Shown here: piece after piece, positions 33,845 to 42,568 of the stretch
Numbering within the stretch: position 1 is the first letter of the stretch
Layout: every line of letters starts with the position of its first letter
Origin: Clostridia bacterium
Lineage (GTDB): Bacteria > Bacillota > Clostridia > Christensenellales > DTU072
DNA length: 61,817 nt
Assembly (NCBI GenBank): GCA_041654915.1
Contig: JBAZCO010000001.1
Location: 1-61,817, forward strand
Reading direction: 5' to 3'
Notes under the pieces: model-generated
What the model was told of the DNA's origin: nothing
The model's database searches: none
Seen by the model: only the letters and a program-made list of their open reading frames with translations
Translations under genes and position numbers: made by a program

Positions 33845-34493
33845 TATGAATAGTGGTTATGTTGGTGCAAGTAGAAGTGTTAGAAGTCAAGAAGCTGTAG
33901 ATTCTTACGAAGTTCCAATGTCAATGATTAAAAAGGCACTCATTGAAGATTTTCTTGACGAGCAAGACGATTTCACAAGTGAGGATATAAATTTTTTAAG
34001 TAAAGTATCTGTGGCAAAATGGAAATATGTCGCAAGTGAAAGAATGTCAGTTTCATCTTGGCATCATACGAGTTCATATTTCAACGAAACATATCACTAT
34101 TCTCTGTGTTCCATCTCTGACAAATTACTTGAAATCAAAGACACTTTAGACACTGATTACAAAGAATATCGTGATTCAAAGAAAAAAGAAGTTTCGGATG
34201 TAAAATATGGCGTTATTAAAGTTCAGGTTTGGGGCGGTTCAAGAAAACGCCCACGTCTTGAAGGCTATGAAGAAGTGGCAGGAATAGTTGTTGGCGATTG
34301 GCTCTTTTACAAAAACAATCATTCCATCAATGGCTGCATTGCCAAATTCAAGACAACGGCTAATAAAGTAGAATGGTTAAAAGAATATGATTCATATGCT
34401 GATTTAACCAAAAATCATAAAGAATACAAAAACACTAAAAAAGTATTTAACAATTTGATTTCAGAGAAAAGAAATATAATAAATAAAAAGTAA
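33837..34493 (+). CDS. Hypothetical protein
   Basis: 218 aa. Contains the SSWHHTSSYFNETYHY string. Confidence 0.45.
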   Translation: MFNMNSGYVGASRSVRSQEAVDSYEVPMSMIKKALIEDFLDEQDDFTSEDINFLSKVSVAKWKYVASERMSVSSWHHTSSYFNETYHYSLCSISDKLLEIKDTLDTDYKEYRDSKKKEVSDVKYGVIKVQVWGGSRKRPRLEGYEEVAGIVVGDWLFYKNNHSINGCIAKFKTTANKVEWLKEYDSYADLTKNHKEYKNTKKVFNNLISEKRNIINKK

Positions 34494-34534
34494 GCGAGCC
34501 GGCGCATAACAATACCGGCAGAAAGGAAAATGAA

Positions 34535-34744
34535 ATGGATAGAATTTTAATTGCAACTATAAGAAAAGACGATAGAGAGCAAGGCGAAACGGTTGCTATT
34601 TATTGGAAAGAAAAAGAACTTGTTGGCGAAAATAATGAACCAATAATTGACGGAGGGAACATTAATTCTTTAAAAGATGCGGTAGACCGTGCTTTTAAGC
34701 TATGGGAACATTGGGAAACATTTAATTGTGATACTGAATATTAG
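34535..34744 (+). CDS. Hypothetical protein
   Basis: 69 aa. Preceded by a GCCGG..CCGGC hairpin and an AGAAAGG SD. Confidence 0.45.
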   Translation: MDRILIATIRKDDREQGETVAIYWKEKELVGENNEPIIDGGNINSLKDAVDRAFKLWEHWETFNCDTEY

Positions 34745-34756
34745 GAGCGGAAGAAA

Positions 34757-35224
34757 ATGAAAAAGCAAAGAGTACGAGAAATTCTTCTAACTGAAAAGGA
34801 TATAAAAAGAATGGCAAGGCAGAAGAAACGCAAAGCGAATAGAATTAACAACTGCATTGTTTTAATTATGATAAGCAGCGTGGCATTGATAGTTATATTT
34901 GCCACAGAAAAGAGGGTAGAGCAACAACCAATAGCAGAACATATAAAAGTACCTTACGAAGCAACAAAAGCGATTAAAACGCAAATACGGAGACCATTAA
35001 AAGAGTTACCTACAATTATTCCAACAGTTGAGCCGACAGTTGCGTTGCCTGATAAAATAGACAAAAAAACCTACATGGATTATCGGTCAATCACAAGATT
35101 AGGGAGTAGACAATTAGAACTACAACAAAGAGCCTGGACGGACAGTCAAGGCTTTAGAAAGATAGACGATTATTACATGGTAGCAATGGGAACATTTTAT
35201 GGGGAGGTGATAGCGGTATTATGA
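34757..35224 (+). CDS. Membrane-anchored protein; truncated paralogue of 38930-39577
   Basis: TM helix NNCIVLIMISSVALIVIFAT. YMDYRSITR..YYMVAMGTFYGE parallels MMDYQKVTN..RYMVAMGSYYGD, but the ORF stops right after it. Confidence 0.5.
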   Translation: MKKQRVREILLTEKDIKRMARQKKRKANRINNCIVLIMISSVALIVIFATEKRVEQQPIAEHIKVPYEATKAIKTQIRRPLKELPTIIPTVEPTVALPDKIDKKTYMDYRSITRLGSRQLELQQRAWTDSQGFRKIDDYYMVAMGTFYGEVIAVL

Positions 35225-35337
35225 AAGATTTTGCGATGCTTGCAATTATTGCCGCGATTATTGCAAGCCCCGTATTGATAATTCCTATAGTAGTTACGGC
35301 GGCGGCTTACGCTATAAAAGAAAACGGAGGTATATAA
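35221..35337 (+). CDS. Small hydrophobic peptide (38 aa)
   Basis: ATGA overlap with the upstream stop. MKDFAMLAIIAAIIASPVLIIPIVVTAAAYAIKENGGI. Confidence 0.35.
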   Translation: MKDFAMLAIIAAIIASPVLIIPIVVTAAAYAIKENGGI

Positions 35338-35339
35338 AA

Positions 35340-35933
35340 TTGAAACAAGAGCAAAAAGAATTAAAAGTAACCTACAAAAAAGAATTGGCTAAAAAGTGGG
35401 GCACAGATCAAAAAATGATTGACTATTGCGCTAAGCACGCGGCCTATGTATTGGAGCATGGCGGCAAGCTTTACAAGATAGGGCGGCCGGATATTAAAAA
35501 AGATTTTTGCTTCGGATTTGGTCAAAACGGTATATCAGACGAAGAAGATACAAAAAGGGCAAGCGGCGCGGCAGCAAATGCAAGGACTAACGAGGAATAT
35601 TTTATATCTCAAAACTTGAAAGATATAAATCATATGGTTGAGGAGCTTGAAAAGATAAAAAACAACATTAGCCTGGATTACGATCCTAATATAATAGTAA
35701 TGGGCTATAACCAATACATGGGCCAACCGGAAAATTGCCGGCTTGCAGGTTGGAGCATCATCGACACATTCAGGCAAAGCCCTCCGCAAGGCGAAAAAAT
35801 GGATATAGATTTTATCGACAAACTATTAAAAGGCTTCGCGCAAGTAAAAGCAGATTTTGAAAAGCGGCTTAAAACTTATCTTAAAAGATACGGTCTAACA
35901 AAAATTAACAGCTGGACTTATTTAGTCGATTAA
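35340..35933 (+). CDS. Hypothetical protein (TTG start)
   Basis: 197-aa ORF with a GGAGG SD upstream. Confidence 0.45.
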   Translation: MKQEQKELKVTYKKELAKKWGTDQKMIDYCAKHAAYVLEHGGKLYKIGRPDIKKDFCFGFGQNGISDEEDTKRASGAAANARTNEEYFISQNLKDINHMVEELEKIKNNISLDYDPNIIVMGYNQYMGQPENCRLAGWSIIDTFRQSPPQGEKMDIDFIDKLLKGFAQVKADFEKRLKTYLKRYGLTKINSWTYLVD

Positions 35934-36023
35934 AAAAGTTAAAAAAGGGCAAGCCCTTTAATATTACATTGGAGCAGGCGGCGGAAATGGTCAAAAGTTG
36001 GCAGGCAAGCAAACAAGGAAAGG

Positions 36024-36365
36024 TTGGAATATATCGAAAGGGAAAAACAGGAGCAGGCCCAAAAGGAAAAAGAGCAACAAGAATTTAACGAAAGAATCTC
36101 AAAAGTAAAAGAGCAATTTAAGGGCCTGGGCAAGATAAATGATATCGATGCGGTGATTGGGCTAGCCGAAAAGCTGGATGTAAATATACCGCTAAGAACA
36201 AAAGGCTGGATGATGGAAAGCTTGGTTAGTGTTACATTACGCGAGGAAGATCACCCGGACGGTGATATTGGATATGCATATCAAAGGAAAACCAAAAACT
36301 CAAGAGGATCTCAGGCAGTCTTTACGGTTATAAGACAAATCCGGGATATAGTATTAAGTTTATAA
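36024..36365 (+). CDS. Hypothetical protein (non-ATG start, uncertain)
   Basis: 113-aa ORF with a charged N-terminus. Confidence 0.35.
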   Translation: MEYIEREKQEQAQKEKEQQEFNERISKVKEQFKGLGKINDIDAVIGLAEKLDVNIPLRTKGWMMESLVSVTLREEDHPDGDIGYAYQRKTKNSRGSQAVFTVIRQIRDIVLSL

Positions 36366-36399
36366 GTATTGTATTAAAAGGCAGGAAGGAGCAAATAAA

Positions 36400-36939
36400 A
36401 TGAACAGTAGAGCAGCAAAAGAAATGTATCAAAGGATCGTTGACGCTAAAATTGGTGATCTGATAAGCACAAGGCATGAAGGCAACAAAAAAGAATATGG
36501 CGACACTTTAGCAGATATGCTCATTCAGCAAGGCTATAAGGAGGATGCAGACTTTGAATTTTATTTTGAGTGGAGCACTTGTCAGCGTTACATCGAAAAA
36601 CTTGCAGAAATTAAGCCCTATGTAGAGCCGGAACATGATATAAAAGTAGGCGATATTTTTGTTTATACCTGGGGCTATGAACAAACCAATGTAGATTTTT
36701 ACCAAGTGATCAAAGTTACAAAAAAGACTGTAACGATTTTGCCTATAAAAACCAAAGGCATATATAATTATGGCACTATGACCGGCAACAAAACGCCTAT
36801 AAAAAATAGCTTTACAGAAAACGATAAACCTATAAGAAAAAAGCCTTATTTATTTATGGATGAATGGCACTTAAAATTTGATCATGGCGTTGCAAGCCCC
36901 TGGAATGGCGAGCCGGTATCTTATAGTAGCTATCATTAA
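36400..36939 (+). CDS. Hypothetical protein
   Basis: 179 aa with an AGGAAGGAG SD. Confidence 0.5.
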   Translation: MNSRAAKEMYQRIVDAKIGDLISTRHEGNKKEYGDTLADMLIQQGYKEDADFEFYFEWSTCQRYIEKLAEIKPYVEPEHDIKVGDIFVYTWGYEQTNVDFYQVIKVTKKTVTILPIKTKGIYNYGTMTGNKTPIKNSFTENDKPIRKKPYLFMDEWHLKFDHGVASPWNGEPVSYSSYH

Positions 36940-36974
36940 GTCAAAAGATTAAGTCAAAAAGAAAGGAGTAAATT

Positions 36975-37112
36975 ATGAAAAAAGTCTGGTGGAAAATTAT
37001 ATTTGCATTCCTGGTTATCCTCAGGATTGCCGGCCCGATTGTTGCCTTGATTGTGTTTATAATTTGGACTATATATACAACGATATTACACCATAAAAAC
37101 AAGCCAAAATAA
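36975..37112 (+). CDS. Small membrane peptide (45 aa)
   Basis: AAAGGAG SD. MKKVWWKIIFAFLVILRIAGPIVALIVFIIWTIYTTILHHKNKPK. Confidence 0.45.
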   Translation: MKKVWWKIIFAFLVILRIAGPIVALIVFIIWTIYTTILHHKNKPK

Positions 37113-37124
37113 AATAAATAAATA

Positions 37125-37144
37125 TTGTCAATAATTATTGACAA
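37125..37144. promoter_or_regulatory. Perfect 20-bp palindrome overlapping the -35 of P3
   Basis: TTGTCAATAATTATTGACAA. Confidence 0.9.
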
Positions 37145-37166
37145 GGTTAAAATATATGTATATAAT
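37138..37166 (+). promoter_or_regulatory. Promoter P3 (TTGACAAGG family) upstream of the integrase
   Basis: TTGACA-17 nt-TATAAT. Confidence 0.65.
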
Positions 37167-37209
37167 AAGCATATAAAAAGGAATCTCAAAAGAAAAAAGG
37201 AGTTAAAAA

Positions 37210-38028
37210 ATGGCAAACCACAACCATATCGACCAATATCTAAACTATCTTGAAAATGTTCGCAAAGTATCTCAAAACACAATAAAAGCATTTGAGTATT
37301 CATGGAAATATTTTGCAGAATCGGGCGGATCTGAATTGTCAAAAGTATCTTGTGTAGAAAACTGGATAAAAGCCATGAACGAAAACGGCAATAGCCCTGC
37401 AACAGTCAAAATGCGTGTATCGAGCGTTAAAAATTATTTTGACTATCTTATCCTTATAGGCAGCTATCAAGGCAATAACCCGTTCACGGGCATTAAAACG
37501 CCTAAAGTGCAAGCCTACAAGCCTGATGTATTGACAGATGAAGAGCGATTGGAAGTATTATCAAAAGCCGATACGGACGAAGATAAAGCAATGGTGGGCA
37601 TTATGTTTTGGATGGGCCTAAGGATATCCGAGGTGGTTGCCTTAAAACCGGAGCATATCCAGGGCAATATTTTAGTTGTAGAAGAAGGCAAAGGCGGTTA
37701 TTCACGCAGAGTGCCGATTAATATGCCGGAAACAGCCCTGGATGCACTTAAAAGGCTTATCGAAACTGATAACCTTTATCTGTTTAAGAGCCAAAGAAGT
37801 GAGCAAATAACAGCAAATGCGGCTTACAGACGCATATCTAACCTATTAAAAGAAGCTGGGCTTGATACGACAAGATCACACGCTGCAAGGCATTCGGCTG
37901 CAAGCGAATATGTAAAGGCAGGCAAAAATCAGGTAGCAATCACAAAGGCATTTGGCTGGCATAGCCCGGCATTGCTTAATAAATATGCTGTATTGTCGGA
38001 TGATGACTTGGTGGATGCATTAGTTTAA
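37210..38028 (+). CDS. int: Tyrosine recombinase / integrase (XerC/D-like)
   Basis: GLRISEV (Arg), HAARHSAAS (His-x-x-Arg), GWHS, LLNKYA (Tyr). N-terminal SAM-like core-binding domain. Confidence 0.85.
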   Translation: MANHNHIDQYLNYLENVRKVSQNTIKAFEYSWKYFAESGGSELSKVSCVENWIKAMNENGNSPATVKMRVSSVKNYFDYLILIGSYQGNNPFTGIKTPKVQAYKPDVLTDEERLEVLSKADTDEDKAMVGIMFWMGLRISEVVALKPEHIQGNILVVEEGKGGYSRRVPINMPETALDALKRLIETDNLYLFKSQRSEQITANAAYRRISNLLKEAGLDTTRSHAARHSAASEYVKAGKNQVAITKAFGWHSPALLNKYAVLSDDDLVDALV

Positions 38029-38046
38029 GGAAAGGAGGTAAAGCAA

Positions 38047-38304
38047 ATGGACAAAGAAAGGCTGAAAAAAATACGCGAGGGGTTCGCAGAGCTTGTGGAG
38101 AAAAACAACAACGCTGATAAATATGATTGGAACGCGCTTTACATATATAATGAAGATGATGAAATAGTCAAGGCAGCACAAGAAGATTTATTGAATAGCA
38201 CAGATTGTATTTATATTACACCCGAAGATATAACGGCATTATTTAACGGGAAAATATTAGGGTTTAAGAATATTTTAATAAAGCTTAAAAAGGAGGAGAA
38301 CTAA
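38047..38304 (+). CDS. Hypothetical protein
   Basis: 85 aa with a GGAGG SD. Confidence 0.45.
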   Translation: MDKERLKKIREGFAELVEKNNNADKYDWNALYIYNEDDEIVKAAQEDLLNSTDCIYITPEDITALFNGKILGFKNILIKLKKEEN

Positions 38305-38307
38305 AAA

Positions 38308-38601
38308 ATGAAATTTATTTATGCAGATCGTATTAAAACCATTGTAGCTGATTGTGAACTTATATCGGTTACAAAAAAATCGATCAAAGTCAAAAGGCTT
38401 GACAACAATCAAAATGAATCTATAAGCCGATTTGATAGAGGTCAGGAATTTTTATTAGAAAAAGACGGCTGGTATCCGAACATTCCTACAGAATGGCAGA
38501 TAGGCTATATCAAAAAGGCAGGCAATAATGTAAAGATACCGCTCAAAACCATCAGCCGAAAAATAGATAGGGTTGTTACCATTTTATCGGAATCACTTTA
38601 A
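38308..38601 (+). CDS. Hypothetical protein
   Basis: 97 aa with an AGGAGGAG SD. Confidence 0.45.
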   Translation: MKFIYADRIKTIVADCELISVTKKSIKVKRLDNNQNESISRFDRGQEFLLEKDGWYPNIPTEWQIGYIKKAGNNVKIPLKTISRKIDRVVTILSESL

Positions 38602-38633
38602 AATCGTAATAATGAATCAAAAGGAGGATAAAA

Positions 38634-38912
38634 ATGAAATACGCAGCAAGCAGAACATCAGGGTTTGGCATTTCAGAGCCTTGCCGTGGAGCATTTGAAG
38701 AAGAATCTATAGGGCCTGACCATTGGGGCAACGACTACACATACACAGATTGGTTTATTGAAATAAATACATTGGAAGAACTTAACGCTTTTATTGCTGA
38801 ACATAAACGAATTGTAATTGAACCGCACCAGCGAATAAAAGATTGTCTTAAAATTGAAATCTACGATGATTATAGAGAAGATCACTACAGAGAAGATGAA
38901 TATGGAGAATAA
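38634..38912 (+). CDS. Hypothetical protein
   Basis: 92 aa with an AAGGAGG SD. Confidence 0.45.
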   Translation: MKYAASRTSGFGISEPCRGAFEEESIGPDHWGNDYTYTDWFIEINTLEELNAFIAEHKRIVIEPHQRIKDCLKIEIYDDYREDHYREDEYGE

Positions 38913-38929
38913 GAAAAGAGGTCAAATAA

Positions 38930-39577
38930 ATGACAACACATAAAACAGAACAAGAAGACATGAACACAATCTTTCTTGCGATTGTTATTTTGTTTGCGAT
39001 AGCCGGGATGTTCGTTGTGTTTAACACTGTAAGCAATAACAATAAATTGCACGAAGAAATCGAACAAGCTCTAGCGGAGCAAAGAGAAAAAGAGCCTTTG
39101 GTCGTTAAAGAATACATCCACCATATTGTAGAGATAGAAAAAGAGCCTGTATTGACTGAAGTCGAGCTACCGAAGCCGCATAGAGATTTTATATCAATGA
39201 TGGACTATCAAAAGGTAACAAATAAGACTTCAAAACAGTATGGCTACATTTTGCTGTCAGAAGTGGAAGAATTTTCCGGGCTGATGAAATTTCAGGGCCG
39301 CTACATGGTCGCAATGGGTTCTTACTACGGAGATTTAGGCACAAAGTATGATGTATTGCTGACTAACGGTGAAACCATAAGGGTTGTTGTAACCGAAAGA
39401 AAGGATGATAAACACACCGATGAAAAAAACCAGTATCAAAAGTGGGATGGGTCTATCTTGGAGTTTGTTATAAATAAAGAAGTTATGTCAAAACAATTAG
39501 GTAATCACATAGTAAAGGGCGGGAATGTATTTAACATAATTGGCGGATATCCCAAAAGGATTTGGAGGGTGGAATAA
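38930..39577 (+). CDS. Membrane-anchored protein with C-terminal beta-barrel-like domain (possible cell-wall-acting; tentative)
   Basis: TM helix IFLAIVILFAIAGMFVVF. ..YMVAMGSYYGDLGTKYDVLLTNGETIRVVVTERKDDKHTD..ILEFVI.. Confidence 0.45.
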   Translation: MTTHKTEQEDMNTIFLAIVILFAIAGMFVVFNTVSNNNKLHEEIEQALAEQREKEPLVVKEYIHHIVEIEKEPVLTEVELPKPHRDFISMMDYQKVTNKTSKQYGYILLSEVEEFSGLMKFQGRYMVAMGSYYGDLGTKYDVLLTNGETIRVVVTERKDDKHTDEKNQYQKWDGSILEFVINKEVMSKQLGNHIVKGGNVFNIIGGYPKRIWRVE

Positions 39578-39670
39578 ATGAGCGTAAAAGAAATATCTTT
39601 AATTGTTATATTGACTTCACTTTATACTAACTTTATTTGGTGGTGCTTTTTTGGGGGTAAGAAAAAATGA
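39578..39670 (+). CDS. Small membrane peptide ending FFGGKKK
   Basis: 30 aa. Start abuts the upstream stop, and the stop overlaps the next ATG. Confidence 0.35.
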   Translation: MSVKEISLIVILTSLYTNFIWWCFFGGKKK

Positions 39671-39753
39671 GTAGAGAGTCTGCATATTTAATAATTGCTT
39701 TTTGTTTGGTGGCTTTAATTATATTTAACATTTTGGATAGGAGAGATAGATAA
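39667..39753 (+). CDS. Small membrane peptide (28 aa)
   Basis: MSRESAYLIIAFCLVALIIFNILDRRDR. Ends 1 nt before the MTase GTG. Confidence 0.3.
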   Translation: MSRESAYLIIAFCLVALIIFNILDRRDR

Positions 39754-40431
39754 GTGAGAAACATTGCATACAACGTGGATTGCATGGTTGCCATGAAAGA
39801 TATGGCAGATAAAGAGTTTGATTTAGCGATAGTTGATCCGCCATATAGGATAGGTGTGGACACAGCGATGAGAAAGTCGGCAGGTACACAATATGGAAAC
39901 GCAGCAGCACCAAAGGCAACATACCACACAAGCGATTGGGATACAGAGCCACCAGCTGCAGAGTATTTTAATGAGCTTAGGCGAGTAAGCAAGAATCAAA
40001 TATTGTGGGGGGCTAATCATTATATAAGCAAGATGCCCATTGATAGTAGTTGTTGGATTGTTTGGGACAAAAAGAACGGTACAAATAACTTCGCAGACTG
40101 TGAACTTGCATACACAAGTTTTAATACAGCCGTTAGAAAGTTTGACTTTATGTGGAATGGGATGTTGCAAGGCGACATGAAGAACAAAGAGTTCAGAATC
40201 CACCCCACCCAAAAGCCGGTAGCCCTCTACAAGTGGCTACTCACGAACTACGCCAAAGAGGGCGACCTGATCCTTGATACACATTTGGGTAGCGGAAGTT
40301 CAAGGATAGCTTGTTATGATATGGGCTTTGACTTTACTGGATTTGAGATAGACAAAAATTATTTTGATGCACAAGAAGAACGGTTTAGGGTGCATACAAG
40401 CCAAATTAGGATGGAGGATTTGATGTTATGA
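39754..40431 (+). CDS. DNA methyltransferase, beta-class N6A/N4C (DPPY before the SAM motif)
   Basis: DLAIVDPPY near the N-terminus. IHPTQKPVALYKWLL..GDLILDTHLGSGSS at the C-terminus. GTG start. Confidence 0.85.
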   Translation: MRNIAYNVDCMVAMKDMADKEFDLAIVDPPYRIGVDTAMRKSAGTQYGNAAAPKATYHTSDWDTEPPAAEYFNELRRVSKNQILWGANHYISKMPIDSSCWIVWDKKNGTNNFADCELAYTSFNTAVRKFDFMWNGMLQGDMKNKEFRIHPTQKPVALYKWLLTNYAKEGDLILDTHLGSGSSRIACYDMGFDFTGFEIDKNYFDAQEERFRVHTSQIRMEDLML

Positions 40432-40523
40432 GATACAAAAAGCGTTGGGATTTCGGCATAGGAATAATTATGGCATTTATTGTAGCAATTTTAGAAAGTT
40501 TATTCGGGGGTAGGAAAAGATGA
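40428..40523 (+). CDS. Small membrane peptide ending LFGGRKR
   Basis: 31 aa. ATGA overlaps at both ends. The tail resembles that of 39578-39670. Confidence 0.35.
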   Translation: MRYKKRWDFGIGIIMAFIVAILESLFGGRKR

Positions 40524-40861
40524 ACTGGAACAACATAAAAGACAAGACCCCAAAAAGTGGGGAAACAGTTTTAGCCTATTGGTGGGAGGAGGATATCCAC
40601 CAAGTGCATATGCTTACATGGTATGAGAAGGGCGACAAGTTTACAGGCGAGGACTTGCAAAGGGGCATGATAGATATGCTTGAGTTGGTGCATGGAGTGT
40701 ATGACAGAAAAGTTGAAGAAACAGGTTTTTATTTTTTAGAAATAAACAAAGAAATGGAAACGCTATTTACACCGCACGCAGACATTATCACGCATTGGAT
40801 GAGTATTCCTGCACCGCCTAATAGCAAAAAAGGCTGGCTTGGCGGAATAGAGCAAGAGTAA
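40520..40861 (+). CDS. DUF551-like protein
   Basis: W..IKDKTPKSGETVLAYW...ITHWMSIPAPP, a typical DUF551 outline. Confidence 0.55.
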   Translation: MNWNNIKDKTPKSGETVLAYWWEEDIHQVHMLTWYEKGDKFTGEDLQRGMIDMLELVHGVYDRKVEETGFYFLEINKEMETLFTPHADIITHWMSIPAPPNSKKGWLGGIEQE

Positions 40862-40883
40862 AAACAGAAAGGAGCAAACAGTA

Positions 40884-41483
40884 ATGACTGAACAAGAAAA
40901 AATAATTTATGACACCTTGGAAGTCAACTTTGTAATGTCTTGCACAAGTAAAGATAACCGTTTAACCAGATCAAAGCTATCATATTTAACCGGCTGGGAT
41001 GACAGGACCTTAAGAGCAAACATAGCTATTGCAAGAAGATTAAAGTTAAAGATAATTTCTGATAATACAAAAGGTTATTGGCTAGGCAATAACGAAGAAT
41101 GGGATGAGTTTTGCGACAGAGAAAGGGGTAGGGCTATGGCAAGCCTTTATCCTAAAAGTACAGAGATCGACGGGCAGATAGAGATAGTGTTTAAGCCGAA
41201 CTGGACTTATGACACAAGCGAGCTGACGCAAATCAAGCCGGTGTCAAATTATTTTACTGTTGAGTCAATAGTGGGCAAGCACATTAAGGCAGAACTTTGC
41301 CCAACATGCCAAGGGGCAACTTTTCTAAATGGTGAATGTTCAAATTGCAAACAAAGCGAGGAGCTGCCCTTTGATGGTGACTATATTCATGGCGTTTCTT
41401 GTCCGTATTGCGGCGGCAACAATACTGTGTCGCTTCTTGATATGATTGATTGCAGCGATTGCGGAATGACGTCATGGACATAA
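40884..41483 (+). CDS. Putative DNA-binding protein (winged-helix-like N-terminus, C-terminal Cys-rich zinc ribbons)
   Basis: CPTCQG..CSNC and CPYCGG..CSDCG pairs. Confidence 0.4.
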   Translation: MTEQEKIIYDTLEVNFVMSCTSKDNRLTRSKLSYLTGWDDRTLRANIAIARRLKLKIISDNTKGYWLGNNEEWDEFCDRERGRAMASLYPKSTEIDGQIEIVFKPNWTYDTSELTQIKPVSNYFTVESIVGKHIKAELCPTCQGATFLNGECSNCKQSEELPFDGDYIHGVSCPYCGGNNTVSLLDMIDCSDCGMTSWT

Positions 41484-41497
41484 AAAGGGGAAAGAGA

Positions 41498-41782
41498 ATG
41501 AAACCTTTGTTAATGAAATGCGGACATACAGCACATGCTGTAAATGAAAAAGGAAAGCCTGCTTGCATAATTTGCAATTGCACGAAAGTAGAAGAAAATA
41601 AGCCGGATCTAACAGACAGAAAAGCAAGGTGTTCATATCATGGACAAACCTTTACGCGTTGCAACGGCCAAACTATAACTTGTCATGGAGAAGCAGATTC
41701 AAGCTATAGGTTGCCATTTTTTGAACATAAGCCGGAAAGCGAATTTGATGCATATTATTGTGGCTGTTGGGGCTGGGATTAA
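41498..41782 (+). CDS. Cys-rich hypothetical protein
   Basis: Start moved to ATG 41498 (GGGGAAAGAG SD). Ends ..DAYYCGCWGWD. Confidence 0.45.
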   Translation: MKPLLMKCGHTAHAVNEKGKPACIICNCTKVEENKPDLTDRKARCSYHGQTFTRCNGQTITCHGEADSSYRLPFFEHKPESEFDAYYCGCWGWD

Positions 41783-41793
41783 AGGAGTGAAAA

Positions 41794-42321
41794 ATGGAAA
41801 AGATTAAACAAGAAATTGAAAAGCATAAGGCTTGTATTATGGAACTAGAAAAGGAGTTAGAAAAAAGAGAACAAAGGGAGAGGGTGTTTCCACAAGACGG
41901 AGATAATTATTGGTACATCAGCGATTATGGGCAAATAGAATATCAAAGAGATTACATGAGAAGTGGAGGTGGGGATTTTGCCAGGTTTAGGTTGGGTAAT
42001 ACATTTAGAACAGAAGATGACGCTTTGTTTGAACTCGAACGCAGAAAAGTAGAAGCCGAACTGAAAAGGTTTGCGGATAAATATAATGAGGGGACAATGG
42101 ATTGGAGAAATCCCTTTCAAGACAAGTGGTATATAGTATATGACCACGAAAGAGATAACTTTAATTTCTCATATACACAAACGTGGCAAAAGGCAGCCAT
42201 TCACTTTACATCAATAGAGGTTGCCAAGCAAGCTATCGAAGAAATAGGAGAAGAACGCATAAAGAAATATTACTTGGGGGTGGAGCAAAATGGATCAACA
42301 GCTTATACAGTGGTTAGATAG
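41794..42321 (+). CDS. Hypothetical protein
   Basis: 175 aa with a GGAGTG SD. Confidence 0.45.
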   Translation: MEKIKQEIEKHKACIMELEKELEKREQRERVFPQDGDNYWYISDYGQIEYQRDYMRSGGGDFARFRLGNTFRTEDDALFELERRKVEAELKRFADKYNEGTMDWRNPFQDKWYIVYDHERDNFNFSYTQTWQKAAIHFTSIEVAKQAIEEIGEERIKKYYLGVEQNGSTAYTVVR

Positions 42322-42568
42322 ATTAGATATGGTCTTGTGGAAGATTCACGATGAAGTTAAAGAATTAAACGCTAAGGTTGCTAGTTCCAAGCAAACTAAT
42401 TATAAAAAAGCAATGCTAGAGATGACCCCTACAAGACTTGCATTAGATCAGGTTAGGTACAGCAAAGCGGAAGATGCTTGGCTTGGTAACTTTGAAGGCA
42501 GCTATAAAGAATTAGATGATGCTGTAAATGCACAAACTGAATGGCTAAACAAGGAGATAAAGGAATGA
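42290..42568 (+). CDS. Hypothetical protein
   Basis: 92-aa ORF overlapping both neighbours. Start uncertain. Confidence 0.35.
   Translation: MDQQLIQWLDRLDMVLWKIHDEVKELNAKVASSKQTNYKKAMLEMTPTRLALDQVRYSKAEDAWLGNFEGSYKELDDAVNAQTEWLNKEIKE

Noticed and set aside
36941-37402. 153-aa minus-strand ORF spanning the int promoter and the start of int
   Set aside because: It overlaps a well-supported promoter, a small plus-strand peptide gene and the integrase ORF. Its product is AT-rich codon noise (F/I/L-rich).
39823-40212. 129-aa minus-strand ORF inside the beta-class MTase gene
   Set aside because: It is antisense to an ORF with DPPY and SAM-binding motifs.
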